Source of the DNA: Candidatus Aminicenantes bacterium | Lineage (GTDB): Bacteria; Acidobacteriota; Aminicenantia; Aminicenantales; UBA4085 | Assembly: GCA_963715635.1 (NCBI GenBank) | Contig: OY970261.1 | Location: forward strand, 1,994,471-2,058,470 | Length of the DNA stretch: 64,000 nt | Reading direction: 5' to 3' | Part shown: in pieces, positions 40,129-50,290 of the stretch | How the letters are laid out: every line of letters starts with the position of its first letter | Position numbering within the stretch: the stretch's first letter is position 1 | Notes under the pieces: generated by a model | Database searches by the model: none | Told to the model about the DNA's origin: nothing | Seen by the model: the letters and a program-made list of their open reading frames with translations, nothing else | Position numbers and translations under genes: made by a program

Positions 40129-41123
40129 CAGACACCTTGACGCAGAGCAACCACCTGGGCGGACTTTATCAGACGATCCAGGACGAGCTCAGCCAGGTCG
40201 AAGAATCGCTCAAACACATCGGCCGGTCGCCGAACCCCCTGATTGCCGAAGTTAACGCTTATCTTTTCCAGAAGAGCGGAAAACGGATCCGTCCCGCCCT
40301 CTTGATTCTCTGCTCGAAGCTGGCGGGTTACCAGGGGCCCGAACATATCTTTTGGTCGGCCCTCATCGAAGTCATCCATACCGCCAGCCTGGTTCACGAC
40401 GACATTATCGACAATTCGGCCTTCCGGCGCGGCCAGGATACTGTCCATGCCAAATGGGGACCCAACATCACCGTGCTCTTGGGCGATTTTCTATATATCC
40501 AATCGATCGCCCTCGCCCTGGAGAGAAAAAATTACAGGATCATCGACATCATCGCGGACGCCACAGCGCGAATGATCGAAGGAGAGCTCCTGGAATATTA
40601 CATGAGCGGAAAGACGGACATCGCTGAACATCAGCATCTGGACATCCTGGATAAAAAGACCGCTTCCCTTTTTTCCGCCGCCTGCGAGATCGGAGGAGTC
40701 TTGGGGAATACCTCGCCTGCCTTTGCCGACAAGCTAAGGGAATTCGGCCGCTATCTTGGATTGTCTTTTCAGATCATCGACGACCTGTTGGACTACACCG
40801 CGGATTCCGCCACCCTCGGCAAACCCGTCCTCTTGGATTTGCAAGAAGGACGGATCACGCTTCCGCTGATTTATTCCCTGGCTCAGTCGTCCGCTGCCGA
40901 CCGCGCCGAACTCAGCCGGGCCGTTCAACACCGGGGTGAAGAAACAGACTTTGTCAAAAATGTCCTTGGCATCGTCAAGACCAACGGCGCGCTCGACTAT
41001 GCCTACCGGAAAGCCGCCTCCTACTCTCAGAGGGCCAAGGACATCCTGTCCGAATTTCCCAAATCCGATTCCCGGGACGCCCTAGCCCTGCTGGCCGATT
41101 TTGTCCTGCAGAGAACAAAGTAA
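40125..41123 (+). CDS. ispB: polyprenyl (octaprenyl/heptaprenyl) diphosphate synthase
   Basis: GKRIRP, HTASLVHDDIID..RRG, KTASLF, FQIIDDLLD, GKP..DL.EG.ITLP. Confidence 0.88.
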   Translation: MTDTLTQSNHLGGLYQTIQDELSQVEESLKHIGRSPNPLIAEVNAYLFQKSGKRIRPALLILCSKLAGYQGPEHIFWSALIEVIHTASLVHDDIIDNSAFRRGQDTVHAKWGPNITVLLGDFLYIQSIALALERKNYRIIDIIADATARMIEGELLEYYMSGKTDIAEHQHLDILDKKTASLFSAACEIGGVLGNTSPAFADKLREFGRYLGLSFQIIDDLLDYTADSATLGKPVLLDLQEGRITLPLIYSLAQSSAADRAELSRAVQHRGEETDFVKNVLGIVKTNGALDYAYRKAASYSQRAKDILSEFPKSDSRDALALLADFVLQRTK

Positions 41124-41124
41124 C

Positions 41125-41640
41125 GTGCTGGAGATCGAAGTCAAAGTCAAGGTCGAGGACCTCCGGCCTTTCCGGGACGAGCTCCTGGCTCTGGGCGCCC
41201 AACTCGACAAAGAGCGCAGGCACGAGGACAACATCCTTTATGACTTCCGCCCGCCCCGCCTCGTCCGGAAAAAACAGGCTCTCCGGCTCCGGACCATCCA
41301 GAAAAAAACGTTCCTGACATTCAAGGGGACCCCCCATCCATCGAGAAAATTCAAGGTCCGGGAGGAGTTTGAAACCGAGGTCAAGAATGCAAAGCAGACC
41401 AAAAAAATTCTCAAGGCCCTGGGTCTGACACCGGTGTTTCGGTACGCCAAACACCGGACGGTCTTCAAGAAGGGGCGGCTGAAAATCTGCCTGGACGAGA
41501 CCTCTATCGGATCGTACCTCGAGTTCGAGGGGAAACGGGAGGAGATCGCCCGGCTGGCCAGACAACTCCGGATTCCGAAGTCGCGGTGGATCAAAATGGA
41601 CTACATCCAGCTCTTGAAAAAGGCCGGGAAAAAAGGGTAA
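41125..41640 (+). CDS. CYTH domain protein (class IV adenylate cyclase-like)
   Basis: GTG start; EIEVK (ExExK), LRLR, LTFKG, REEFET, ICLDE, YLEFEG. Confidence 0.85.
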   Translation: MLEIEVKVKVEDLRPFRDELLALGAQLDKERRHEDNILYDFRPPRLVRKKQALRLRTIQKKTFLTFKGTPHPSRKFKVREEFETEVKNAKQTKKILKALGLTPVFRYAKHRTVFKKGRLKICLDETSIGSYLEFEGKREEIARLARQLRIPKSRWIKMDYIQLLKKAGKKG

Positions 41641-41654
41641 AAGAAGTCGGGAGT

Positions 41655-42029
41655 TTATTCTTCGTCTTTGTCAACGTCGCCGGCCTCGCCGGGCAGCTCG
41701 TCATCCAGATGATCGATATCTTCTTCGTGCGCTGCTTCGTCTCCGGCGGCATCCTCCTCATCGACGACCCCATCTCCGGCGTCATCGAAGTCCTCCCCGC
41801 CGGCATCCACAGCCAGGACTTGTTCTTCGGGCTGGAGATCGTCGTCCTTCTTGGATTGGAGGATTTCATAATCCACCGCCCCTTCCCGGAGCTCCAGTTG
41901 GGCCAGGCGGATGGGATTTCTGGATTTGGACTTGACCTTGGGTTTGGCGCCCTTGAGCAATTGTTTAGCCCTTTTGGAGGCCAATATCACAAACCGAAAT
42001 TTGCTGTCGATCTTGCCGAAAAGCTCCAC
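41655..42029 (-). CDS. rpoZ: RNA polymerase omega subunit with acidic C-terminal extension
   Basis: IDSKFRFVILASKRAKQL..GAKP..NPIRLAQLEL.EG. Confidence 0.85.
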   Translation of the reverse strand: MELFGKIDSKFRFVILASKRAKQLLKGAKPKVKSKSRNPIRLAQLELREGAVDYEILQSKKDDDLQPEEQVLAVDAGGEDFDDAGDGVVDEEDAAGDEAAHEEDIDHLDDELPGEAGDVDKDEE

Positions 42030-42160
42030 CGCCCGTTGTCTCCTCGTTTTTGAAATCGAATCGGCCTACTACCTTAACAGAAACCCGGGAAAAATTCAAT
42101 CACTTTTCCTGTTGTCTTTTTCCACCGATTTTCCTAAGATGAAAGGGCGCTTTGACAATC

Positions 42161-42358
42161 ATGGACCAAGACCCCCGGCAGAACGTTCCCGAGCCAATCG
42201 CCCTCCGAAAATCGTTTCAAAAACTGGAGATCGAAGATGGGGAAAGAACCCCCCGATTCTGGGAGCGCCTCTGGTCTCGGCTCGGCCTTAAAAAGCAAAA
42301 CAAAGCCCAAGCCCGGCGTTCGATTGAGAAGGATGTGGCCGGCGGCTACAAAGGATGA
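42161..42358 (+). CDS. small hypothetical protein
   Basis: 65-aa ORF filling the gap between rpoZ and a convergent gene; no recognisable motif. Confidence 0.35.
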   Translation: MDQDPRQNVPEPIALRKSFQKLEIEDGERTPRFWERLWSRLGLKKQNKAQARRSIEKDVAGGYKG

Positions 42359-42391
42359 GAAAGGGCCGGCCGATCATTTTTTGTAAGCAAA

Positions 42392-43147
42392 TTAGAATCC
42401 GAATTTCACTCCCAGGCGAAGACCGAAGCCGTTCAAATCCATGCGCGAATAATCCCGCCACTCTTTCACTACGTCGTTATCCGAGGAGCCATCCGCAAGA
42501 GAAGTCGAATCCTCCGGCAGCATTCTATTCAATCCCTTGAATTCTACGAAACGGTAGCTGCCTTCGGCGACGAGCTGGATCTGCCGGGCGAGACGGAACT
42601 CGACCCCGAGTCCTCCCTGGCCGCCCCAAGCGTTCTTATTTTGCCGCTCGCCCATTCCGTGGAACGATCCGAAATAATAGCTCCCGCCGCCGTTCACAAA
42701 AATGTTCCATCTGCGGCCTAAAGGCAGGTCGTAGTAAACGTTCAAGCTCAGCGGGAGCAATTGGAAATCCCGGCGGTATCCTCTCCATTGGCCATCCTGA
42801 TCCTTCCTCCCCTCACAATTGGATTGTTCGAGCTGGCCGGCCATCATTTCCTCACTGCCGTCTTGCCAGTCCCTGTAAAAACCATGTCTTCCCTCGCCAT
42901 TCAAATAGCCAATTCCCAGGCCGAGACGGATCCTCGAAGTAAGGCCGAATTGCAGTTCCGTTTTGAGATCGAGCATTCCCTGATGGCTTTCCGAAAAGCC
43001 ATATCCGCCACCCAGCGAAATGGAAAAGCGATGAAAATCCGAAGATTCATTCCGCCCGTGCCAATAGGCACTCGCGACGCCCGCGATGAGGAGCAGACCT
43101 ATAATCAAGCCGCAAGCGCGTCTGCTAGACGTTGTTCTGAACGACAT
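42392..43147 (-). CDS. outer-membrane beta-barrel protein
   Basis: AAGGAG RBS, signal peptide, alternating beta strands, C-terminal GVKFGF. Confidence 0.7.
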   Translation of the reverse strand: MSFRTTSSRRACGLIIGLLLIAGVASAYWHGRNESSDFHRFSISLGGGYGFSESHQGMLDLKTELQFGLTSRIRLGLGIGYLNGEGRHGFYRDWQDGSEEMMAGQLEQSNCEGRKDQDGQWRGYRRDFQLLPLSLNVYYDLPLGRRWNIFVNGGGSYYFGSFHGMGERQNKNAWGGQGGLGVEFRLARQIQLVAEGSYRFVEFKGLNRMLPEDSTSLADGSSDNDVVKEWRDYSRMDLNGFGLRLGVKFGF

Positions 43148-43245
43148 ATGTTTTTCTCCTTCTGTTTAGAACATACCTTGAATTAGACAACAGCATCCGC
43201 ATATCCTTTGCATTGGAGGGAATTTCGGAAAAGATCGCTGATCCC

Positions 43246-45123
43246 TCAGCGCAAAATTCCCACTTCAACGTGTGACGGCAATTGTCCGGAGCGATAGACT
43301 TTATGCGTGGCTTTCTCGAAATCCGTGTCCTTAGCTCTGTAGATGTTGATGAACTTCTGCGGGTTGCGGTCGATTACGGGAAACCAAGAGCTTTGGATTT
43401 GAATCATGATCCGATGCCCCTTGAGGAATCGATGGCAGCGGTCCCTCAAACTGAACTCGATCTTGGTGGGTTGGTCGGGGACCAGCGGTTCGGGGTTTAA
43501 GAAGCTATTTCTATACCTGCTCCGGAAGACTTCCCCTGCCAGGAGCATCTGGAAATTTCCCATCCGCACCCCCTTGGGATTCGGAGTGTTATCAGGAGCA
43601 TTTCCAGGATACGCGTCGATGAGCTTGACGATCCAATCCGCATCCGTGCCGGTCGAAGAAACAAACAGCGTGGCGATGATCGGCCCGGCAATTGTCACCT
43701 CTTCCGAAAGAGGCTCGGATTCATAAACCAGGACATCGGGCCGTGTTGACGCAAAACGCTGGTCCTCGACCATCCATAAGTGACCCTGGGAAAGCCGGGT
43801 CTCCGCGCTGAACGGCACAGGTTTGGCCGGATCGCTGATAAAAGAATCGAAGCCCTGGCCGGCAGTGCCTGCGGGAGGAACAAAAGAGAGTTTTCCATCG
43901 GTCTGCAAGTACAGATTCTTGACCTCGGTTTTGGCCGGCGGCCAGTGGTCGTAAGACCTCCACTCATTGGAACCGGTCTCGAAAACGAGGGCCTCCGGCA
44001 GCTTCAGGTCGCCCTGGTCTTTCAGGTAATACTCGAAGAAAGGGAGTTCGACATTCTGCCTATAGTACTCGCCCGTCTTAGAACCAAAGCGAAGATCACC
44101 CAGGCTATCACCGGGCATGGACGCCCAACCCCCATGGAGCCAAGGGCCGATGACGATCGTACTCTTGTTAGAGCGATTGTATTTTTCGATATTGCGGTAG
44201 GTTTCCAGCGGTCCGTAGAAATCTTCGGCATCGAACCATCCCGCGACGTTCAAGACCGCATGGCGAATGTTCTTTAGATATTTGACCGGGTTCTGCTTAT
44301 CCCAGTACTCATCGTAATTGGGGTGTTCCATATATTCGTTCCAGGTGGGGACCTCGTTCTGAAGATATTTTTCATTGATGTTCGCAACGCTGCCCAGCTT
44401 GAGAAAGAACCTGTATCCATCGGGCGTGCCGTAATCAAAAAGCGGCGCTCGGTTGTCCACCGGGCCTTTTCGAACGCGAGCGCTGCCGAGGAGCCAAGCG
44501 AAGGTGTACATCAAGCGAAAAGCGCCGTTATGGTGGAAATCATCTCCGATGAACATGTCGATCGCGGGCGCCTGGGGCGAAGAGGCCTTGAGTGCGGGAT
44601 GTGCTCCAACCATGCCCCATACTGTCTGGGACCCCGGGTAGGAGATTCCCCACTGCCCGAGGCGGCCGTTGTGGTCGGGGATATTCTTCAAGAGCCATTC
44701 GATTGTGTCATAGACATCGCTGCTTTCGTCTATGTCGGCCTGGCTCCGCTTGTCTGGTTTTATCGGCCTCATCACCACGAAGTCCCCTTCCGACTTGAAC
44801 TGCCCGCGCACATCCTGGTAAACAAAAATGAAACCTTCTTTGGCAAAATCTATGGACGGTCCGAGGGAGCGTCGGTATTGGTCAGGCCCGTAAGGGCCGG
44901 ACCCGTAGGGAGTTCGATGCAGCAGGAAAGGATATTTTCGTGAGCTATCCTTAGGGGCATAGACGATGGTGAAGAGCCGAACTCCATCGCGCATGGGGAC
45001 CATGGACTCAGACTTCGTGTAGTTAGCCCGGATATCAAATAGCTCTTGTCCCCAGAGCACCGTTCCCAGGGCAAGGAAGAAAAGAATCCAAATACCAGCG
45101 AATGTCCTGGCATTTCTTTTCAT
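43246..45123 (-). CDS. CocE/NonD family hydrolase (alpha-amino acid ester hydrolase-like)
   Basis: VPMRDGVRL, RTPY, QDVRG..SEG, WGISYPG, GDDFHHNGA, GWFDAED, GPWLHG, QSSWFP..DRNPQ. Confidence 0.92.
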   Translation of the reverse strand: MKRNARTFAGIWILFFLALGTVLWGQELFDIRANYTKSESMVPMRDGVRLFTIVYAPKDSSRKYPFLLHRTPYGSGPYGPDQYRRSLGPSIDFAKEGFIFVYQDVRGQFKSEGDFVVMRPIKPDKRSQADIDESSDVYDTIEWLLKNIPDHNGRLGQWGISYPGSQTVWGMVGAHPALKASSPQAPAIDMFIGDDFHHNGAFRLMYTFAWLLGSARVRKGPVDNRAPLFDYGTPDGYRFFLKLGSVANINEKYLQNEVPTWNEYMEHPNYDEYWDKQNPVKYLKNIRHAVLNVAGWFDAEDFYGPLETYRNIEKYNRSNKSTIVIGPWLHGGWASMPGDSLGDLRFGSKTGEYYRQNVELPFFEYYLKDQGDLKLPEALVFETGSNEWRSYDHWPPAKTEVKNLYLQTDGKLSFVPPAGTAGQGFDSFISDPAKPVPFSAETRLSQGHLWMVEDQRFASTRPDVLVYESEPLSEEVTIAGPIIATLFVSSTGTDADWIVKLIDAYPGNAPDNTPNPKGVRMGNFQMLLAGEVFRSRYRNSFLNPEPLVPDQPTKIEFSLRDRCHRFLKGHRIMIQIQSSWFPVIDRNPQKFINIYRAKDTDFEKATHKVYRSGQLPSHVEVGILR

Positions 45124-45224
45124 GTGTGGTCTCCCTTAAGAATTCCCTGATTTCGAATCAATCGCTCCGACCTTTTCCTTACAAATGGAATCTTTATGGT
45201 TTTGAAGCTGATGAGGCGGATTTC

Positions 45225-46652
45225 TCAGCGTATGCCCACGCTGCCCCGCACGGCCTCGATCAGCTTGGCAGAATCATAGCCGATTCCATCTTTGAATACG
45301 GTTTCGACCTTTTCGATATCGGTGATATCTCTGGTCGGATTCCCCTTGATCAACACCATGTCTGCCTGCTTGCCGGCGGCCAGAGTCCCGGTCCGGCCCA
45401 GCTCGTTCAGGTACAGCGCGCCGTTATGAGTTGCAATCTTTATCGCCTCCACCGGAGTGAATCCGGCTTCGACAAGCAACTCAACTTCACGCTGGTCGCC
45501 GAATCCCGGCACCACACCGCCGTAGCCGGTGGGGTCCGGTCCGGCAATAAGCAGCCCTCCCGCCTTCACGAACTCGAGCTCAAACTCCATCTCCTTTTTA
45601 AGCAGGGTGGGCATGGGTGAATCCTTGGACTCGCCGACGCGGGCCCGCTGGGTCAGGTAAGCGATCTGGATATCGGGTGCCATGGCGTCAAGGACGCGCT
45701 GCTGGAGCGGCGGCCGGCCCGGCACGGAAATCTCGAAGACCGGAAGCGTCGATGTCACCGCCACTTTGTGCGCCACCAAGTCGCGAATTGTCTCCTGGAT
45801 TTGAGGGCCGGAGACATCGAGCTTGAGAAGGATTTCCCTTGACTCTCGTGAAGAAGGGCAGCTATCGGGCTTTTTTCCGGGGGCGAACTCCGAATCCGCC
45901 AGAAGCCCGTGCTCCAGGTTGTCAATTCCGAGCGCCGCGGCTTCGCGGAAACCAATCGAGCACAAGTGGCCCGAAATCTTCAGGCCGCGCTTATGAACCT
46001 CCCCGATGGCCGCCGCAAGCTCGGCTGTCGTGATGTTGGTATAGGCCTTGAAGTTATCGATGCCTTGCTCCGCCCAGTACTGGACCATCTTGCGTGCGTC
46101 TTCCGGGCCGGTGAGCTCATGCATCTGCAGGGTAAACGCCCCGGGGCCCTCAAGGTAGGGGCTGGTGACGTGCATTTTGGGGCCGGGCACCGTGCCCCGA
46201 TCAATAGCCTTTTTTAAATTGAGCTCGGTGAATGGCTCCAAGCTGCCGGTGGTGCGGATCGTCGTCACGCCGCAGGCCAGGTACAACCGCGGCGCGCTAT
46301 AGGCCAGCGTGTTATAATGCGCCCGCGCCGCCGGATAAAAGATATGATCGTGCATCCCCACGATCCCGGGAATCACTGTAGCATCACGCATCTCTATGAT
46401 CTTAGCCCCCGTCGGCACCGGAGTCGCGGCCGCGTCGCCGAGCGCTTGGATTTTGCCTCCCGAGACGATGATGGTTTGGTCTTCGCGCGCGGGCGCGCCG
46501 GTCCTATCAATCACACGCACATGGGTGAGAGCGAAGAGGGGCGCATCGACCGTGACAAAGGCTTTGACGTCTGCGGACAGCCCCGGAGGCGTTTGCGCTT
46601 CAAGCGCGAATACGGCTAAAATTAAAGAAACGAGAATGAAAATTCTGCGCAT
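45225..46652 (-). CDS. secreted amidohydrolase family protein
   Basis: PGIVGMHDH, GVTTIRT, ISGHL, LEHG, AGPD, GKQADMVL. Confidence 0.85.
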   Translation of the reverse strand: MRRIFILVSLILAVFALEAQTPPGLSADVKAFVTVDAPLFALTHVRVIDRTGAPAREDQTIIVSGGKIQALGDAAATPVPTGAKIIEMRDATVIPGIVGMHDHIFYPAARAHYNTLAYSAPRLYLACGVTTIRTTGSLEPFTELNLKKAIDRGTVPGPKMHVTSPYLEGPGAFTLQMHELTGPEDARKMVQYWAEQGIDNFKAYTNITTAELAAAIGEVHKRGLKISGHLCSIGFREAAALGIDNLEHGLLADSEFAPGKKPDSCPSSRESREILLKLDVSGPQIQETIRDLVAHKVAVTSTLPVFEISVPGRPPLQQRVLDAMAPDIQIAYLTQRARVGESKDSPMPTLLKKEMEFELEFVKAGGLLIAGPDPTGYGGVVPGFGDQREVELLVEAGFTPVEAIKIATHNGALYLNELGRTGTLAAGKQADMVLIKGNPTRDITDIEKVETVFKDGIGYDSAKLIEAVRGSVGIR

Positions 46653-46713
46653 GGGACACCTCTTTTGATGAATTATATCATACTGTTATTTGACAGTGCT
46701 GAGGCCGCCCTAT

Positions 46714-47403
46714 TTACCAGATCCCAGGAATCAATCGATAGCGCACGCTCCGGGCATACTCCGGATAGCCGGGTAGCTCTCGTTGCAAGGTTTTATCCTC
46801 AAGAGACGTGCGCAGGACAAAGAGGAACGCGATCGACGACGCGGGAATCAAGGCAAAAAAAGACCCGAGGGAAAGCGGGACGCAGAACACGAATAGGATG
46901 ATGGCGGCGTACATAGGATGGCGAACATAGCAATAAGGACCCGTCGTGCAGACGCGATGGCCGCGATCCGCCTGGATCCTGACTTTTTCCGAGAGGAACG
47001 GATTTTGCGTCAGGACCCAGAACAACAGGGCTATAGTTGGAACATAGCCAAGGAACCCGAGCGCCTTCAACGACCACGGGACACGGGACCAGGCGAATCG
47101 AACGGCATCCAAGCCCGCGACGACCACCATGGCGACAAGAAAAAAAGTGTAGAGGACTAGAATTTTTTTATCCCAGCTTTTAGCGTCCTTTTTTCTCGAC
47201 ATTCGTTCCTTGAGCAGATCCGGGGCCTTGTTTTTCATCCAGACGAAAGCCCCCGCGACGGAGGAAAAATAAAGGATAAGGAAAAGCCAGGCCTCCGGCC
47301 AGCGGAGGGTCCCGGCCGGCCCAAAGAGCAAAGCCAGAATGATGAGGATTCCGACGGTCATCCGAGCGATGACTTGGAATTTGGAGGGGAACTGGCTATC
47401 CAT
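46714..47403 (-). CDS. isoprenylcysteine carboxylmethyltransferase/PEMT-family membrane protein
   Basis: AGLDAVRF.WS, TTGPY..VRHPMY, RTSLEDKTL..ELPGY.EY..VRYRLIPGIW. Confidence 0.85.
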   Translation of the reverse strand: MDSQFPSKFQVIARMTVGILIILALLFGPAGTLRWPEAWLFLILYFSSVAGAFVWMKNKAPDLLKERMSRKKDAKSWDKKILVLYTFFLVAMVVVAGLDAVRFAWSRVPWSLKALGFLGYVPTIALLFWVLTQNPFLSEKVRIQADRGHRVCTTGPYCYVRHPMYAAIILFVFCVPLSLGSFFALIPASSIAFLFVLRTSLEDKTLQRELPGYPEYARSVRYRLIPGIW

Positions 47404-47477
47404 GATCTCTATCGAGGAGAAAAATATTCTTATTCTCCAGAAACGATATGTTCTCTCTTAAAACAGGGAAATAAAAT

Positions 47478-47550
47478 TGACCCGTGTAGGACTCGAACCT
47501 ACAACCCGCGGATTAAGAGTCCGCTGCTCTACCGATTGAGCTAACGGGCC
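47478..47550 (-). tRNA. tRNA-Lys(CTT), CCA not encoded
   Basis: GGCCCGT TA GCTCAATCGGTAGAGC A GCGGA-CTCTTAA-TCCGC ... GTAGG TTCGAGT CCTAC ACGGGTC A. Confidence 0.93.
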
Positions 47551-47642
47551 ATCGAAAATCCCCAATAGTGTAGATAACTCGGCCCCTCTTGTCAAACCCG
47601 GATTTTCTCTCTATTATAATGGCTGACAAGAAGGCACCGACG

Positions 47643-48755
47643 ATGAACCTGACGCTTTTTTTGATCCTCTTCCTGGCCGTTTTAGCCGTAGCCTTCGTTT
47701 TTCTGATCCTGACATTGAGAAGCACCCGGGGCAAGATTGAGGAAGTCCGCCGCGGCCAGACAGAGAATCAGGCTTTGACACTGATGCAGCAGCAGCTCGG
47801 CCAGCTCACTATGAATCTTAACCAACAGCTGCAAAACATCAACAGTCAGTTCCTCAAAACATCGGGGACGATCGGCCAGCAGCTGCAAAGCATGACATCG
47901 CAGCTCCTCGATACCACGGGCCAGATCGGTGAAAGCCTGGGCCATGTTCAATCGCATCTGGGGAAAGTGGAAGTCGTCACGCGGGAAGTGCTGGAAAAAT
48001 CGAAAAATATCGCCTCCCTCGAGGACCTGCTCCGCGCGCCTAAGTTCCGGGGCGGCCTGGGAGAGCTATTCCTCGGCGACCTCCTGGCGCAGATCCTTCC
48101 CCCGACGCATTATGAACTTCAGTACAAATTCAAGAGCGGCGAGAAAGTGGACGCGGTCATCAAGATCGGGAACAGCCTCGTCCCCATTGATGCCAAATTC
48201 CCTCTGGAAAATTTTAAAAAGTACGTCGAGGAAGATGACCCTAAGGAAAAAGACGCCCTCAAGAAAAAATTCACCGCCGATGTCAAAAAACATACGGACG
48301 GGATCGCCACAAAATATATCCTCCCGGACGAAAGCACGTATGACTTTGCTCTGATGTACATCCCGGCGGAAAATATCTACTACGAGAGCATCCTCAAGGA
48401 CGAAGCTCTCGGCGAAGAAAAAAGCATTCTTTCCTATGCGCTTCAAAAAAGGGTCATCCCCGTCTCCCCCAATTCTTTCTATGCCTATTTGCAGGTCATC
48501 ATTCTGGGGCTCAAGGGGCTTCGAATCGAGAAATCGGCCCTGTCCATCTTTCAGGCCCTGGCCCGGCTGCGCGGCGACCTCGACCGGTTCACGAACGACT
48601 TCCAGATCCTTGGCACGCATTTGTCCAATGCTAAAAGCAAATTCGATGATTCGGAAAAACGCCTGGAGCGGTTTGCGGACAGGCTGGAGCTCATCGGCGG
48701 AGAGCAACCCGTCGAGCTTATCGAGGAAAAACCGTCGGAAAAGAATTCCGGCTAG
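47643..48755 (+). CDS. rmuC: DNA recombination protein RmuC
   Basis: N-terminal TM + coiled coil; PKFRGGLGE, VDAVI, PIDAKFP, TYDFALMYIPAE; TTGTCA-17-TATTAT promoter at 47589-47617 favours start 47643. Confidence 0.9.
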   Translation: MNLTLFLILFLAVLAVAFVFLILTLRSTRGKIEEVRRGQTENQALTLMQQQLGQLTMNLNQQLQNINSQFLKTSGTIGQQLQSMTSQLLDTTGQIGESLGHVQSHLGKVEVVTREVLEKSKNIASLEDLLRAPKFRGGLGELFLGDLLAQILPPTHYELQYKFKSGEKVDAVIKIGNSLVPIDAKFPLENFKKYVEEDDPKEKDALKKKFTADVKKHTDGIATKYILPDESTYDFALMYIPAENIYYESILKDEALGEEKSILSYALQKRVIPVSPNSFYAYLQVIILGLKGLRIEKSALSIFQALARLRGDLDRFTNDFQILGTHLSNAKSKFDDSEKRLERFADRLELIGGEQPVELIEEKPSEKNSG

Positions 48756-48758
48756 GGT

Positions 48759-49778
48759 CTAAGAACGGCCGGACAGCTTCTCTAATTCCTGGATCATCTC
48801 CGGGCTGGCGATAAAGACAAGCACGTCGTTTTCCTGAAGACGGGTTTTTTTGGGCGGATTAAAATCAAAGTCCTTCGCCCCTCCCCTTCTGAGCGCCACA
48901 AGGAGCGCGCCTGTTTGCTCTTCCGCCCTGGATTCTTCGATCGTTTTGCCAAGAAGAGCCGAATCTTTCTGGACAGTGACTTCATCAAAACGCAGCACGC
49001 GCTCTCTCTCGCGGAGCATCATATCCAGAAACGTCGTGACGGCGGGCCGAATCATCTCCGAAACCATGCGCATACCGCCGATATAGGTTGGAGAAATCAC
49101 GCTGTCGGCGCCCGCCTTGACTATTTTCTTGTGAGACTGAAGGTCGAGGCCTTTGGCCACAATCCGGATCTGCGGATTGAGGCTGCGAGCGGTGATCGCC
49201 ACAAACAGGTTGGCCTCGTCCGTCGGCAGCGAGCACAATACACCCTTGGCCCGCTCGATCCCGGCTTTAAGGAGGACGCTATCTTCGGATGGATCTCCCT
49301 GGATCGAGAGAACCGGACCCAGGGAAGCAAGCTTCTCGAGCTTTTCTTTCGAGCTTTCCACAACGACGAAAGGTTTCCGCGTCAAGAGCATCTCCTGGAT
49401 GACCGTCTGCGCCGTTTCATCACTGCCGCAAACGATATAATGGTTTTGAAGCTTGGCGATCTCTTTTTCCATTTTGCGTCTCCCTAGAATATTCTTCAAC
49501 TCCCCTTCCACAACAAAAGCGGTGATCGAAGACACCGCATAGGCGATCGTGCCCAGGCAAATGATGATAAAAAATATGGCAAATGTCCGCGCGGCTGGGT
49601 GAACCGAGAGGTCATGCACTTCACCGTAGCCGATCGTCCCGATGGTGATGGCCGTCATATAAACGCTGTCCAGGACGGACCATTCTCTGCCGCCTAAAAC
49701 CTTAAACCCGGCGACCCCTATCAGGAATACGAGGAGAAAAATGGAAAGAGAGACGAATAATCGTTTCTTGCTGTTCAT
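48759..49778 (-). CDS. RCK-gated potassium channel (Ion_trans_2 + TrkA-N + TrkA-C)
   Basis: TIGTIGYGE selectivity filter; HYIVCG; GDPSE; AGADSVISP. Confidence 0.9.
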   Translation of the reverse strand: MNSKKRLFVSLSIFLLVFLIGVAGFKVLGGREWSVLDSVYMTAITIGTIGYGEVHDLSVHPAARTFAIFFIIICLGTIAYAVSSITAFVVEGELKNILGRRKMEKEIAKLQNHYIVCGSDETAQTVIQEMLLTRKPFVVVESSKEKLEKLASLGPVLSIQGDPSEDSVLLKAGIERAKGVLCSLPTDEANLFVAITARSLNPQIRIVAKGLDLQSHKKIVKAGADSVISPTYIGGMRMVSEMIRPAVTTFLDMMLRERERVLRFDEVTVQKDSALLGKTIEESRAEEQTGALLVALRRGGAKDFDFNPPKKTRLQENDVLVFIASPEMIQELEKLSGRS

Positions 49779-49796
49779 TTAAGCTATCGAACAAAC

Positions 49797-49872
49797 TGGC
49801 GCGCCTGAGAGGATTCGAACCTCCGACCTACGGATCCGGAGTCCGTCGCTCTATCCGCTGAGCTACAGGCGC
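49797..49872 (-). tRNA. tRNA-Arg(CCG)
   Basis: GCGCCTG TA GCTCAGCGGATAGAGC G ACGGA-CTCCGGA-TCCGT AGGTC GGAGG TTCGAAT CCTCT CAGGCGC G CCA. Confidence 0.95.
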
Positions 49873-50132
49873 GTCTCGTTCATTTCCAATGAGTTACGTA
49901 CGGGCTCTTGTGAGCTGAATCCGGAATTGTGACCAAATTGTGCCTTTCTATTTTATTATTATGACAATTTGAATTCAATCCATTCTTTTTGGAATTTTCC
50001 TATCATTTTCTCAGGTCACAATTTGGACATATCACTCATAAGCGCAGTCAATGTGAAAGGCATACTTTGGTGAAATTGAGTGAATTATATATGGGCAACA
50101 GTCAATAGGACGACGGACAGGAAATCCGATGA
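49833..50132 (-). repeat. direct repeat copy 1 (tRNA-Arg nt 1-40 + about 260 bp upstream with promoter and arm-like motifs)
   Basis: Colinear with 53187-53480; contains TTGAAT-17-TAAAAT (49978-49950) and TTGTGA/TTGTGACC/TTGTGCC repeats. Confidence 0.9.
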
Positions 50133-50158
50133 TCTAGCAAAATTGTTCACGGAAATTA

Positions 50159-50283
50159 TTATTGCTTCAGCTCCGCCAGCCGCTTCTTCGCATCCTCAAC
50201 GTTAGGAGGCAGGAGTTGGCACCTTTCTGTAGGGAAGGGAATTACTCGTAATGCCCTATGGTTTTGGCAGTGTCGCCTTGCCT
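50159..50283 (-). pseudogene. decayed C-terminal tail of a Ser/Thr kinase-TPR gene
   Basis: RQGDTAKTIGHYE*FPSLQKGANSCLL/VEDAKKRLAELKQ* vs intact [40 protein letters not shown]. Confidence 0.75.
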
Positions 50284-50290
50284 CGGTCGG

